Shown: positions 6,302 through 13,429, numbered from the stretch's first letter. The stretch: 20,000 bases of DNA from an uncultured virus (IMG/VR IMGVR_UViG_3300049489_000353) (IMGVR_UViG_3300049489_000353), one strand, 5' to 3'. Notes: generated from the sequence alone by a model not told the origin. Program-made: numbers and translations.

Positions 6302-6376
6302 GGGGACATAGTTCAGTGAGAGAACAATCGCTTCGCACGCGATAGACTTCGGGTTTGATTCCCAATGTCTCCACCA
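6302..6376 (+). tRNA. tRNA-Ala(CGC)
   Basis: G3:U70, ATCGC-TTCGCAC-GCGAT, ACCA. Confidence 0.85.
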
Positions 6377-6377
6377 A

Positions 6378-6479
6378 ATAAGCGAATGGAAATCCTACCG
6401 AAGTTCCAGACTTTGAATCTGGCTAAACGGGTAGCGTAAAAAGCGCGGCATACAGCAGGAGTAGGTCCGAGTAGCTTAT
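6378..6479 (+). ncRNA. scaffold family B copy 1, carrying a Gln(TTG) anticodon stem-loop
   Basis: ATAAGC-GAATGGAAATCCTAC...GTAGGTCCGAGTA-GCTTAT enclosing CCAGA-CTTTGAA-TCTGG. Confidence 0.6.
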
Positions 6480-6483
6480 ATAT

Positions 6484-6570
6484 GGAAAGTTAATCACTCA
6501 AGGAGTGACTTCGTTTCGAAAACGAATGGGCGGCATCGCCGCTATGGTGCGAGTCCATAACTTTCCGCCA
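6484..6570 (+). tRNA. tRNA-Ser(CGA)
   Basis: GGAAAGT/ACTTTCC, TTCGT-TTCGAAA-ACGAA, long variable arm, GCCA. Confidence 0.85.
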
Positions 6571-6574
6571 ACAC

Positions 6575-6648
6575 TGGATCTTGATGTAAGGGCTGCATAA
6601 CTGACTCTGAATCAGTTCGTGGAGGTTCGAATCCTCCAGATCCAACCA
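6575..6648 (+). tRNA. tRNA-Gln(CTG)
   Basis: TGGATCT/AGATCCA, ACTGA-CTCTGAA-TCAGT, ACCA. Confidence 0.9.
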
Positions 6649-6651
6649 TAT

Positions 6652-6725
6652 GGGGCAATCGTATATCGGTAATACACTAGCATGGCATGCTTGAAAGCAG
6701 GGTTCGATTCCCTGTTGCTCCACCA
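6652..6725 (+). tRNA. tRNA-Ala(GGC)
   Basis: G3:U70, AGC-ATGGCAT-GCT, ACCA. Confidence 0.9.
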
Positions 6726-6726
6726 G

Positions 6727-6886
6727 TTCAGTAAAATGGGAATCCTATCCGTGCTATGTCCAAAGTAGCATGCTAGTGGTTTGACTCCACAACGCCCGCC
6801 AATGGGCGTAAATGGCAACCGAGTTGCTGGTAGACTAAACAAGTCGCTCAAGTTGAATTGAGAGAAGTAGGTCCAAAGTAACTGAA
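6727..6886 (+). ncRNA. scaffold family B copy 2, carrying a permuted tRNA-Trp(CCA)-like domain
   Basis: TTCAGT-AAAATGGGAATCCTA...AGTAGGTCCAAAGTA-ACTGAA enclosing an anticodon-like hairpin, T arm and ACGCCC-GCCAAT-GGGCGT. Confidence 0.6.
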
Positions 6887-6891
6887 TATAT

Positions 6892-6965
6892 GCTGAATTC
6901 GGATAGTGGGAATCCGCTCGTTTCGTAATCGAGATACGGTTGTTCGATTCAACCATTCAGCACCA
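6892..6965 (+). tRNA. tRNA-Thr(CGT)
   Basis: GCTGAAT/ATTCAGC, TTCGTAA loop, ACCA. Confidence 0.88.
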
Positions 6966-6970
6966 TATGC

Positions 6971-7044
6971 GCTGCTTTCGGATAATGGCATTCCGCCTGC
7001 TTGGTATGCAGGATACGCTAGTTCGATTCTAGCAAGCAGCACCA
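6971..7044 (+). tRNA. tRNA-Thr(GGT)
   Basis: GCTGCTT/AAGCAGC, CCTGC-TTGGTAT-GCAGG, ACCA. Confidence 0.9.
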
Positions 7045-7048
7045 TCAT

Positions 7049-7122
7049 ACGTAGATCGTACAATGGCAGTACCTCAGATTCCAAACCTGATGATGTGGGT
7101 TCGATTCCTACTCTACGTGCCA
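7049..7122 (+). tRNA. tRNA-Trp(CCA)
   Basis: ACGTAGA/TCTACGT, TTCCAAA loop, GCCA. Confidence 0.88.
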
Positions 7123-7332
7123 GAGCAGTTGCTGAAATGACATGAAAAACTCATCGTAGGCAATTGATAACGCGGCTAACCGCAGTCTAACACCGCTATA
7201 CAATAAAGTTAAACGCCATCCTCGTAGGAGGACGCGGACTGCACCATCTTTAAGTGCCTTAAAAGCAGCTTCGGAAACGAAGAGCAGATTATCAACCTTG
7301 GTTCCTGCTAAAACAAAACAAGGTCCATTCAT

Positions 7333-7409
7333 GGTCACATAGCTCAGTACGGCAGAGCATTCGTCTGATACACGAAAGGTCGAAGGTTCCATTCCTTCTG
7401 TGACTACCA
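7333..7409 (+). tRNA. tRNA-Ile(GAT)
   Basis: GGTCACA/TGTGACT, TTCGT-CTGATAC-ACGAA, ACCA. Confidence 0.9.
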
Positions 7410-7412
7410 TAC

Positions 7413-7490
7413 GGACATCAGCTTCGCCGGTTGCGGAGGTTCGCCTGATAAGCGAAATTAGCATAGGTTCAACTCCTTGGGTGTCCACCA
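7413..7490 (+). tRNA. tRNA-Ile(GAT)
   Basis: GGACATC/GGTGTCC, TTCGC-CTGATAA-GCGAA, ACCA. Confidence 0.82.
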
Positions 7491-7491
7491 A

Positions 7492-7628
7492 GTAGCAATC
7501 GTCTAAACATAAAGACACTTCAAGGGGAAATAAAAAGCCTAACTATGTGGGTTGAAGTCCCACGATTAAGTTCCCAGGACGGGTAGTTATCTTGAAGATG
7601 AATGTGGCTTATGTAGCCGTCTTGCTAC
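7492..7628 (+). ncRNA. tRNA-like RNA with a 66-nt structured insert replacing the anticodon loop
   Basis: GTAGCAA/TTGCTAC acceptor, GTCT/AGAC D stem, CTTCAAG/CTTGAAG stem around the insert. Confidence 0.55.
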
Positions 7629-7636
7629 ATTTTCAT

Positions 7637-7711
7637 ATCTGTGTGGGATAGTGGTCTGTCCACTTGTTTTGGGAACAAGGGGTGTTGGTTCGATTCCAAC
7701 CATGGATACCA
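7637..7711 (+). tRNA. tRNA-Pro(TGG)
   Basis: ATCTGTG/CATGGAT, CTTGT-TTTGGGA-ACAAG, ACCA. Confidence 0.83.
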
Positions 7712-7825
7712 AGTCGTTAGTCCTGAAATAAAACTTACGGTTAAAAACCAAACAGTTCCGGTCTGTTAGTTCACAGTCAGAGTCGAGAAACTAACCGCTG
7801 CGCCGAGCGTTCTGACAGGCGTTAT

Positions 7826-7899
7826 CAGGCATTAGGATAATGGTAATCCACTAGCTTCGGGAGCTAGGGACGGCAGTTCGATTCTGCCATGCTTGACCA
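7826..7899 (+). tRNA. tRNA-Pro(CGG)
   Basis: CAGGCAT/ATGCTTG, CTAGC-TTCGGGA-GCTAG, ACCA. Confidence 0.9.
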
Positions 7900-7904
7900 G
7901 TTAT

Positions 7905-7979
7905 CGTGGTGACGTTCAATGGATGGACGGCTGTTTCATAAGCAGCTTCAAGTAGGTTCGATTCCTATCGCCACGACCA
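7905..7979 (+). tRNA. tRNA-Met(CAT), elongator type (Ile2 not excluded)
   Basis: CGTGGTG/CGCCACG, GCTGT-TTCATAA-GCAGC, ACCA; lacks the three G-C pairs of initiator tRNA. Confidence 0.85.
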
Positions 7980-7980
7980 T

Positions 7981-8298
7981 GAGTAAATCAGACAATCGCT
8001 AGAGGACTCCAAACTCTAGAGGAAAGTCGGGGCACCAAACAAAAATCTACTGGTTAACGACCAGCACACTTTTCAGTAGGTGTGAGGAAAGGGCAGTAAG
8101 AAATAAACCGCCGATGGCTTCGCAAGAAGATCAGGTAAGGGTTGAAAATTCGGCTTAAGAAACCGGACTTCTCATAGCGATATGAGTCGAGTGTAACCCC
8201 TAGATGGTGCAAGGCAGTAATTGCCGCTTGAGGTCAGCAGTAATGCTGATCCTAGACAAATGATTGTCCTAGACAGAACCCCGCTTACCGATTTACTT
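7981..8298 (+). ncRNA. rnpB: RNase P RNA (bacterial type)
   Basis: GAGTAAATC/GATTTACTT P1; GAGGAAAGTCGGGGC and ACAGAACCCCGCTTA (P4); GACAATCG/TGATTGTC; GGTGCAAGG and GCAGTAATGC hallmarks. Confidence 0.93.
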
Positions 8299-8370
8299 TA
8301 CTGATTTTTTATGCTATAATGGTTTACCGTATCTTATACTTTGCCGTATAAATACAATTAGGAGATCATT

Positions 8371-8898
8371 ATGGCAAAACCTCGTACATTTACCGATGAA
8401 CAATTTATAGATGTCGTTAAAAATTCTTATTCGATACGAGAATGTCTACGAAAATTAAAGCTTAAAACTACTGGTGGTAATTATAAGTCTTTTTATTGGA
8501 GAGTTAAAAAAATGGGCATTAAAACTGACCATTTCGTGGGACAGTCTCATATGAAAGGTAAGAAAAATCCATCTCATATTCAGATACCTCTCTCTGATAT
8601 ATTAAAAGAAAATGTATTTTATCAAAGTCATAGATTAAAATTAAGATTGATAAAAGTTGGATTGAAAGAACATAAATGTGAAATTTGTCGCAATACGGAG
8701 TGGAATGGGGCGGCTATTCCTCTTGAATTGGATCATAAAAATGGTGTACATACCGACAATAGAATAGAAAATATACAATTAATATGTCCAAATTGTCATG
8801 CTTTAACTCCAACATATCGGAGTAAGAATATAGGTAAACATAATGTGTCCGTAGCGCAATCGGCAGGAGGCGATAGTTTTAAAAACTATACAGTGTGA
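8371..8898 (+). CDS. HNH homing endonuclease
   Basis: CEIC...LELDHKNGVHTDNRIENIQLICPNCH; AGGAG RBS; TATAAATA 8347-8354 and TGcTATAAT upstream. Confidence 0.9.
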   Translation: MAKPRTFTDEQFIDVVKNSYSIRECLRKLKLKTTGGNYKSFYWRVKKMGIKTDHFVGQSHMKGKKNPSHIQIPLSDILKENVFYQSHRLKLRLIKVGLKEHKCEICRNTEWNGAAIPLELDHKNGVHTDNRIENIQLICPNCHALTPTYRSKNIGKHNVSVAQSAGGDSFKNYTV

Positions 8899-8922
8899 GT
8901 TCGAATCTCACCGGGCACACCA
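8845..8922 (+). tRNA. tRNA-Leu(TAA), short variable loop
   Basis: GTGTCCG/CGGGCAC, ATAGT-TTTAAAA-ACTAT, ACCA. Confidence 0.87.
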
Positions 8923-8928
8923 TTTCAT

Positions 8929-9004
8929 GGGCGTTTAGTTCAGCGGCTAGAATGTCGCTTTCACATAGCGAAGATCGTTGGTTCGATTCCAACAACGCCT
9001 ACCA
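8929..9004 (+). tRNA. tRNA-Val(CAC)
   Basis: GGGCGTT/AACGCCT, TCGCT-TTCACAT-AGCGA, ACCA. Confidence 0.92.
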
Positions 9005-9148
9005 GGGGACTTGGATTAAGATGGAAAATCAACCTAGTTGGGGCGGTAAACGCAACAAAGACAGGTGCCATAAAAGGAGCTTACAAGCTGCTACCGCGAG
9101 GGTGTGGTGACATAAGCTATGTCGGTTCGAATCCGATAGTCTCCACCA
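9005..9148 (+). ncRNA. Ala-identity tRNA-like RNA with ~90-nt expanded centre
   Basis: GGGGACT/AGTCTCC-ACCA with G3:U70, GATT/AATC D stem, GTCGG-TTCGAAT-CCGAT T arm; no canonical anticodon arm. Confidence 0.65.
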
Positions 9149-9153
9149 TTCAC

Positions 9154-9232
9154 GGGGTTGTAGCAGAATTGGCAAATGCGGTATGCTCAAACCATACGAC
9201 TTATGTGGGTTCGAATCCCACCAGCCCTACCA
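9154..9232 (+). tRNA. tRNA-Leu(CAA), short variable loop
   Basis: GGGGTTG/CAGCCCT, GTATG-CTCAAAC-CATAC, ACCA. Confidence 0.9.
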
Positions 9233-9373
9233 AATGATCCACTGGCGCAAGCCCAGCGGGGGACATCCACAAAATATTCGCCAGTAACGAATACTACGGA
9301 GAGTCCGCTGCCGTGCCGTGTAAGGACGGGGATCGTTATCAAACCACGTTGTGTTTTCCACAGATGCCCTCAT

Positions 9374-9450
9374 GTGTCTGTAGCCCAATCGGCAGAGGCG
9401 TTGCTCTCAGAAAGCAAATGATGGTGGTTCGAATCCACTCAGGCACACCA
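9374..9450 (+). tRNA. tRNA-Leu(CAG), short variable loop
   Basis: GTGTCTG/CAGGCAC, TTGCT-CTCAGAA-AGCAA, ACCA. Confidence 0.9.
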
Positions 9451-9454
9451 ACAT

Positions 9455-9529
9455 GCCGCTATCGTTCAACGGATAGGACAAGACCCTCCGAAGGTCAAAA
9501 TCTAGGTTCAATTCCTAGTAGCGGTGCCA
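9455..9529 (+). tRNA. tRNA-Arg(CCG)
   Basis: GCCGCTA/TAGCGGT, GACC-CTCCGAA-GGTC, GCCA. Confidence 0.9.
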
Positions 9530-9546
9530 TCTGTTATACTATATGT

Positions 9547-9930
9547 ATGATGCTTGTCCCGACCTATGTTGACAAGTCGCTTATACATGGGCTTGGAATG
9601 TTCACCACCAACGCTATTAAAAAAGGTGAAGTTATTTGGAGATTTATTCCTGGCTTTGACCAGCGGTTTACAGCAGCCGAATATTCGGCTTTACCGGAGC
9701 TTGCCAGAAACTATCTCGACACATACGCATGGACCAGTAAGAAAAGCGGCTTGTTAGTTATGTCCATGGATAACGACAAGTTTGTTAATCACTCCGATAG
9801 CCCCAATACATTATCAGAATACCGTGACGATGAATCAGAAGTCATAACCGTTGCTTTGCGCGACATCGAAGCTGGAGAAGAATTGACCGATAATTACCGT
9901 AGCTTTGAGGCATCTGAAAATTTGTTTTGA
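9547..9930 (+). CDS. SET-domain protein (putative lysine methyltransferase)
   Basis: IHGLGMF...IKKGEVI, FVNHSDSPNT, ALRDIEAGEELTDNY; start moved to 9547 because the longer ORF runs through tRNAs. Confidence 0.9.
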   Translation: MMLVPTYVDKSLIHGLGMFTTNAIKKGEVIWRFIPGFDQRFTAAEYSALPELARNYLDTYAWTSKKSGLLVMSMDNDKFVNHSDSPNTLSEYRDDESEVITVALRDIEAGEELTDNYRSFEASENLF

Positions 9931-9960
9931 TTTTTAAAAGTTATCAGTATAATCAAAATC

Positions 9961-10035
9961 ATGATGCCATTCGACTTCATGAACTGGCAAAAAATCATAG
10001 AAGGTTTAATTAGTCTTTTTAGAAGAAAAAGATAG
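9961..10035 (+). CDS. possible 24-aa amphipathic peptide (MMPFDFMNWQKIIEGLISLFRRKR)
   Basis: TATAAT 7 nt upstream; stop lies 3 nt before the next ATG. Confidence 0.4.
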   Translation: MMPFDFMNWQKIIEGLISLFRRKR

Positions 10036-10038
10036 TGT

Positions 10039-10371
10039 ATGCCAGTTTTAAAGCCAAAACTCAAGATGTTCATCGTCCTCCGATGGGATCTGTCGGCTGA
10101 TGCTGCCGTGGTCGCGGCTGCCCATGCTTCGTTGGGGACTTACTTGACTTTTATAGATAGTCCGCTCATGCAAGAGTGGCAAAAGACATCCTTCATCAAG
10201 AAGCTCTGTCAAGCGACAGATTTCAACCACTTCCAGCACTTGAAGTCGCTTGGAAGACACCGTGTTTTCACAGAATCATCACTGAATAATTCAGAAGTTT
10301 CTATTGGCTTCGACATAGTGCCGCCGCCATATCATGTTTTTGATGAAATACCTTTATGGAGAAATAAATAA
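10039..10371 (+). CDS. peptidyl-tRNA hydrolase 2 (Pth2)-like protein
   Basis: KMFIVLRWDL...AAAHAS...W...KKL pattern of the PTH2 family. Confidence 0.7.
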   Translation: MPVLKPKLKMFIVLRWDLSADAAVVAAAHASLGTYLTFIDSPLMQEWQKTSFIKKLCQATDFNHFQHLKSLGRHRVFTESSLNNSEVSIGFDIVPPPYHVFDEIPLWRNK

Positions 10372-10375
10372 GCGC

Positions 10376-10975
10376 ATGAAATCAATTTTCCTAGATATGG
10401 ACGGATGTATCGTCAACTTTCAAAAAGGTTATGAAGATCGTGTCAACGAACGAGAGCCTGGATTTTTGGAAAAAATAGGTTACGCGGGCGACTTCAAAAG
10501 CATCGAGGATAATATTGAACGATACTATGTGAGCATTGCTCCCAACGAAAAAGAGCGAAGCAAAGCCAAGTACAGAGCAGGAGCAAAATTCTGGAGCTTC
10601 GTATCGGGTGATATGCAATGGTGGCTTAATCTTGAGTGGCTTCCCGGTGGCATCATGTTGGTCGAAACCTTAAGTGGTTTACGGAAAAATGATGTCATTA
10701 AAGAATTTAATATTCTAAGCTCGCCGGGAAAATCAGATCCGGTTGTTGAACCAGGCAAACGCAAGTGGCTTGACAAGCAAAGTGTAAGCAACCGTTTTGA
10801 TCGTATCATTATCGATAGAGAAAAGTACAAGTATGTGCGAAACCATGACGATATTTTGATTGATGATACGCCGAAGAAAATCGATGAATGGATACATGCT
10901 GGTGGAACCGGCATTCTCCATAAAAATGTCGATGAAACACTTTCAAGTATCAATAAGATACTTTTAAATAAGTAA
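10376..10975 (+). CDS. HAD-family 5'(3')-deoxyribonucleotidase-like protein
   Basis: IFLDMDG motif I, ILSSP, GKRKWL, ILIDD...W..AGGTGILH. Confidence 0.85.
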   Translation: MKSIFLDMDGCIVNFQKGYEDRVNEREPGFLEKIGYAGDFKSIEDNIERYYVSIAPNEKERSKAKYRAGAKFWSFVSGDMQWWLNLEWLPGGIMLVETLSGLRKNDVIKEFNILSSPGKSDPVVEPGKRKWLDKQSVSNRFDRIIIDREKYKYVRNHDDILIDDTPKKIDEWIHAGGTGILHKNVDETLSSINKILLNK

Positions 10976-11008
10976 TTGATTTTTCAAGTATTCTAGTATA
11001 CTCTTAAT

Positions 11009-11779
11009 ATGAAAATTCAGGTGTTGTCGGACCTTCACATAGAGGTCAAACCATTTGCTGTTGTGCGGCATGCTCAAGCCGAAGTGCTTGTGCTAGCTGG
11101 TGATATCGTTGCTCTGCACAATGATTGTAAGAAAATCTATCACCTTGAGAACATCCTAAAGCATATTACTATTCCGATAGTATATATAACCGGAAACCAT
11201 GAGTATTATGGTTTCGGAAAGATTTCATACACAAACAAGGTCATCAAGACACTTGAACAGAAATATCCGCATTTTCATTTCTTGGACAATGAATGCTGGA
11301 TCTACAAGGATGTCGAATTCATTGGTTCGACACTGTGGAGCGACTTTGATTTGTCTCCGAATAAGCTTTGGTTCGCTTCCGCTATTGAAACGGCTATCAA
11401 CGACTTCGTGCAAATTCTATCTGACAAAGAGCCATATAAGCGGCTGTCTGGTCTGGAAATGATGGGCATGAATAAGCTCGCACGGGCATTCATAGGTAAT
11501 GCTGTGAAGAATGCGAACGGATTGAAGAAAGTGGTTGTAACCCACTTTATTCCAACCCCCATGTCCATTGGTGAGCAGTTTAAAAACAGTTCAATGAATC
11601 CATACTTCACATGTAACTGTGAAAATCTGATGCCAGGAGTCCATACATGGATTCATGGACATACGCACAATTCGTTTGACTACATGCTTAACGGAACACA
11701 CATTGTGTGCAATCCAAGGGGCTACGACAAGGAAAATAAAGAGGCATTTGAAAGCCAGAAAATTGTGGAGATTGTATGA
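11009..11779 (+). CDS. calcineurin-like metallophosphoesterase
   Basis: SDLH, LAGD, GNHE, VTH, HGHTH, NPRGY motifs. Confidence 0.92.
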   Translation: MKIQVLSDLHIEVKPFAVVRHAQAEVLVLAGDIVALHNDCKKIYHLENILKHITIPIVYITGNHEYYGFGKISYTNKVIKTLEQKYPHFHFLDNECWIYKDVEFIGSTLWSDFDLSPNKLWFASAIETAINDFVQILSDKEPYKRLSGLEMMGMNKLARAFIGNAVKNANGLKKVVVTHFIPTPMSIGEQFKNSSMNPYFTCNCENLMPGVHTWIHGHTHNSFDYMLNGTHIVCNPRGYDKENKEAFESQKIVEIV

Positions 11780-12024
11780 TGTATCCTTTGAGATATACTT
11801 TAGTATTAAGATATTATGTTAATGGTGCGGAACCCGCGTTTTATACAGCGGAAGCTGGTGAAAGGTTTGAAACAAGGTATGCTGGTCAAGGTATGTGGGT
11901 TGTACCGGAAGGTGTTTTTGATAGTATTGATGAATGTTTAGATGAAGCAGAAAATAAATTTAAAGATGCTGGTTATACATTTATTAGGGATGGGGATTGT
12001 GTCATGGAATCACATAAGGTTTAA
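11776..12024 (+). CDS. hypothetical protein
   Basis: ATGA overlap with upstream stop, GGAG RBS. Confidence 0.7.
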   Translation: MMYPLRYTLVLRYYVNGAEPAFYTAEAGERFETRYAGQGMWVVPEGVFDSIDECLDEAENKFKDAGYTFIRDGDCVMESHKV

Positions 12025-12042
12025 TTAGTATAAATAGTTGTT

Positions 12043-12501
12043 ATGTCAGATGCTTTGTTTAGAACCTTGTATGAAGCGTTCCAATCCATGGGTGATATAT
12101 GGTATCACTCGACCAATAAAAATAATCTAGCCAATATTCAACAAACTGGATTAATCATCAATCCAACTGTTAGTGGATATACACAAGCTGGTTCGTGGGT
12201 CAAGGATGTCTATGGCATTCAACCCATATATTTTTCCAAGGACATGGGGAAATATACAGGTGAAAATTTCGTGAATATTCAAGTGGATTTATCTGGTTTA
12301 GTGAAGTTTGCTGATTTGCCTAGTCTTGTTGATGCCGGAATGGAAGTTTTTGAAAATGGATATGTTTTAAATGACAAAGATGGTACATGGCGGGATTTTA
12401 TAGTTAAAGGAAAGCCCGGTCGTAAAACCGATATGGCTATAGCTCTTACAAAAACTTGCTGTGTTTTACAAAACATCGAGCCAAGCAGAATTAAGATTTA
12501 A
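12043..12501 (+). CDS. ART/KptA-fold protein related to 729-1733
   Basis: WYHSTNKNNLANIQQTGL...PIYFS...IEPSRI; TATAAATA at 12029-12036. Confidence 0.6.
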   Translation: MSDALFRTLYEAFQSMGDIWYHSTNKNNLANIQQTGLIINPTVSGYTQAGSWVKDVYGIQPIYFSKDMGKYTGENFVNIQVDLSGLVKFADLPSLVDAGMEVFENGYVLNDKDGTWRDFIVKGKPGRKTDMAIALTKTCCVLQNIEPSRIKI

Positions 12502-12627
12502 TCTTGAATCTAAAAACCATATGATATAATATGGTTGCTCGTTTACAATTGAGCAATGGGTGCATCAACCCTTGAGGACTTTAAACCAGTCGCTAGTCCT
12601 CCGACTTTAACCTAATAAGGAGATACC

Positions 12628-13422
12628 ATGATGCATTACGAAGATGTTGTTGTTACTTTAGTTGACAACACAAAGAAGCCTTTCCGTGAATTAAATTCGC
12701 AAAGGCAAGACAAAGGACGCAAGTGTGAGGTCTACGCTCCCGTAGATACCGAATATAAGTTCCTCATCAAAAACAATACCGACAGACGCATAAAGGTGGA
12801 TATTGACATTGACGGCACCAACGTCAGTGGAAATGGTCTTATCTTGAACGCTCACGAAACAGATTACATTGAGCGATTTGTCAATGTGGATCGGAAGTTT
12901 AAGACTTCAAGAGTAACTGGTGAAAATGTTGCCGATCCGACAAGTCCAGAGAACGGCATCATCAAGGTGCGCGTTCATAAGGAAAGCAATCAGTGGACAT
13001 TTATACCATCACCGCTTGTCATTGAGAAGCATGTTGTTCATCATTACCCAAATCCAAGCGATGTGTGGGGACCATACTACAGAAGATCGGTATGGGACTA
13101 TAGCAATGTACCGATGTGTGGTGGTAGTGTAGGTAGTGTACAACATCCAACAGTATATACAGCAAGTAATGCCACTACAGATATGCATATTGGTGCTACT
13201 GCTTCGTATACTGCGCAAGCGGTTCCACCAGCAGAAAGTCTTGCGACTGTTGAAGGAGCAAAGAGCCACCAATCGTTCATAACCACAACATGGAATGGCG
13301 ATGATACGGCATTTGGTGAAGTTGTATTCACCTTCTATCTCAAGTTGGATGCGCAAGCAGTCGATCCAGAATATGTAAAGTATCTGGAATTGAAGAAGAA
13401 GTACGAAGGTACATACAGGTAA
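12628..13422 (+). CDS. hypothetical protein with structured 5' leader
   Basis: 264-aa ORF, TAAGGAG RBS, TGaTATAAT promoter at 12522-12530. Confidence 0.85.
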   Translation: MMHYEDVVVTLVDNTKKPFRELNSQRQDKGRKCEVYAPVDTEYKFLIKNNTDRRIKVDIDIDGTNVSGNGLILNAHETDYIERFVNVDRKFKTSRVTGENVADPTSPENGIIKVRVHKESNQWTFIPSPLVIEKHVVHHYPNPSDVWGPYYRRSVWDYSNVPMCGGSVGSVQHPTVYTASNATTDMHIGATASYTAQAVPPAESLATVEGAKSHQSFITTTWNGDDTAFGEVVFTFYLKLDAQAVDPEYVKYLELKKKYEGTYR

Positions 13423-13429
13423 ATTAAAA

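Noticed and set aside
7086..7095. CTGATGA hammerhead core
   Set aside because: Falls within the anticodon stem and variable loop of tRNA-Trp; no hammerhead stems.
9005..9148. Canonical tmRNA (ssrA)
   Set aside because: Only 144 nt, has a paired D stem and no recognisable tag ORF; kept as tRNA-like ncRNA.
2119..9421. Many short ORFs on both strands across the array (e.g. 2119-2355, 4435-4683, 6906-7145, 7108-7518)
   Set aside because: They overlap tRNA/ncRNA genes, lack RBS and protein motifs; treated as shadow ORFs.
9313..9546. N-terminal extension of the SET ORF
   Set aside because: Runs through tRNA-Leu(CAG) and tRNA-Arg(CCG); the SET domain starts at 9547.
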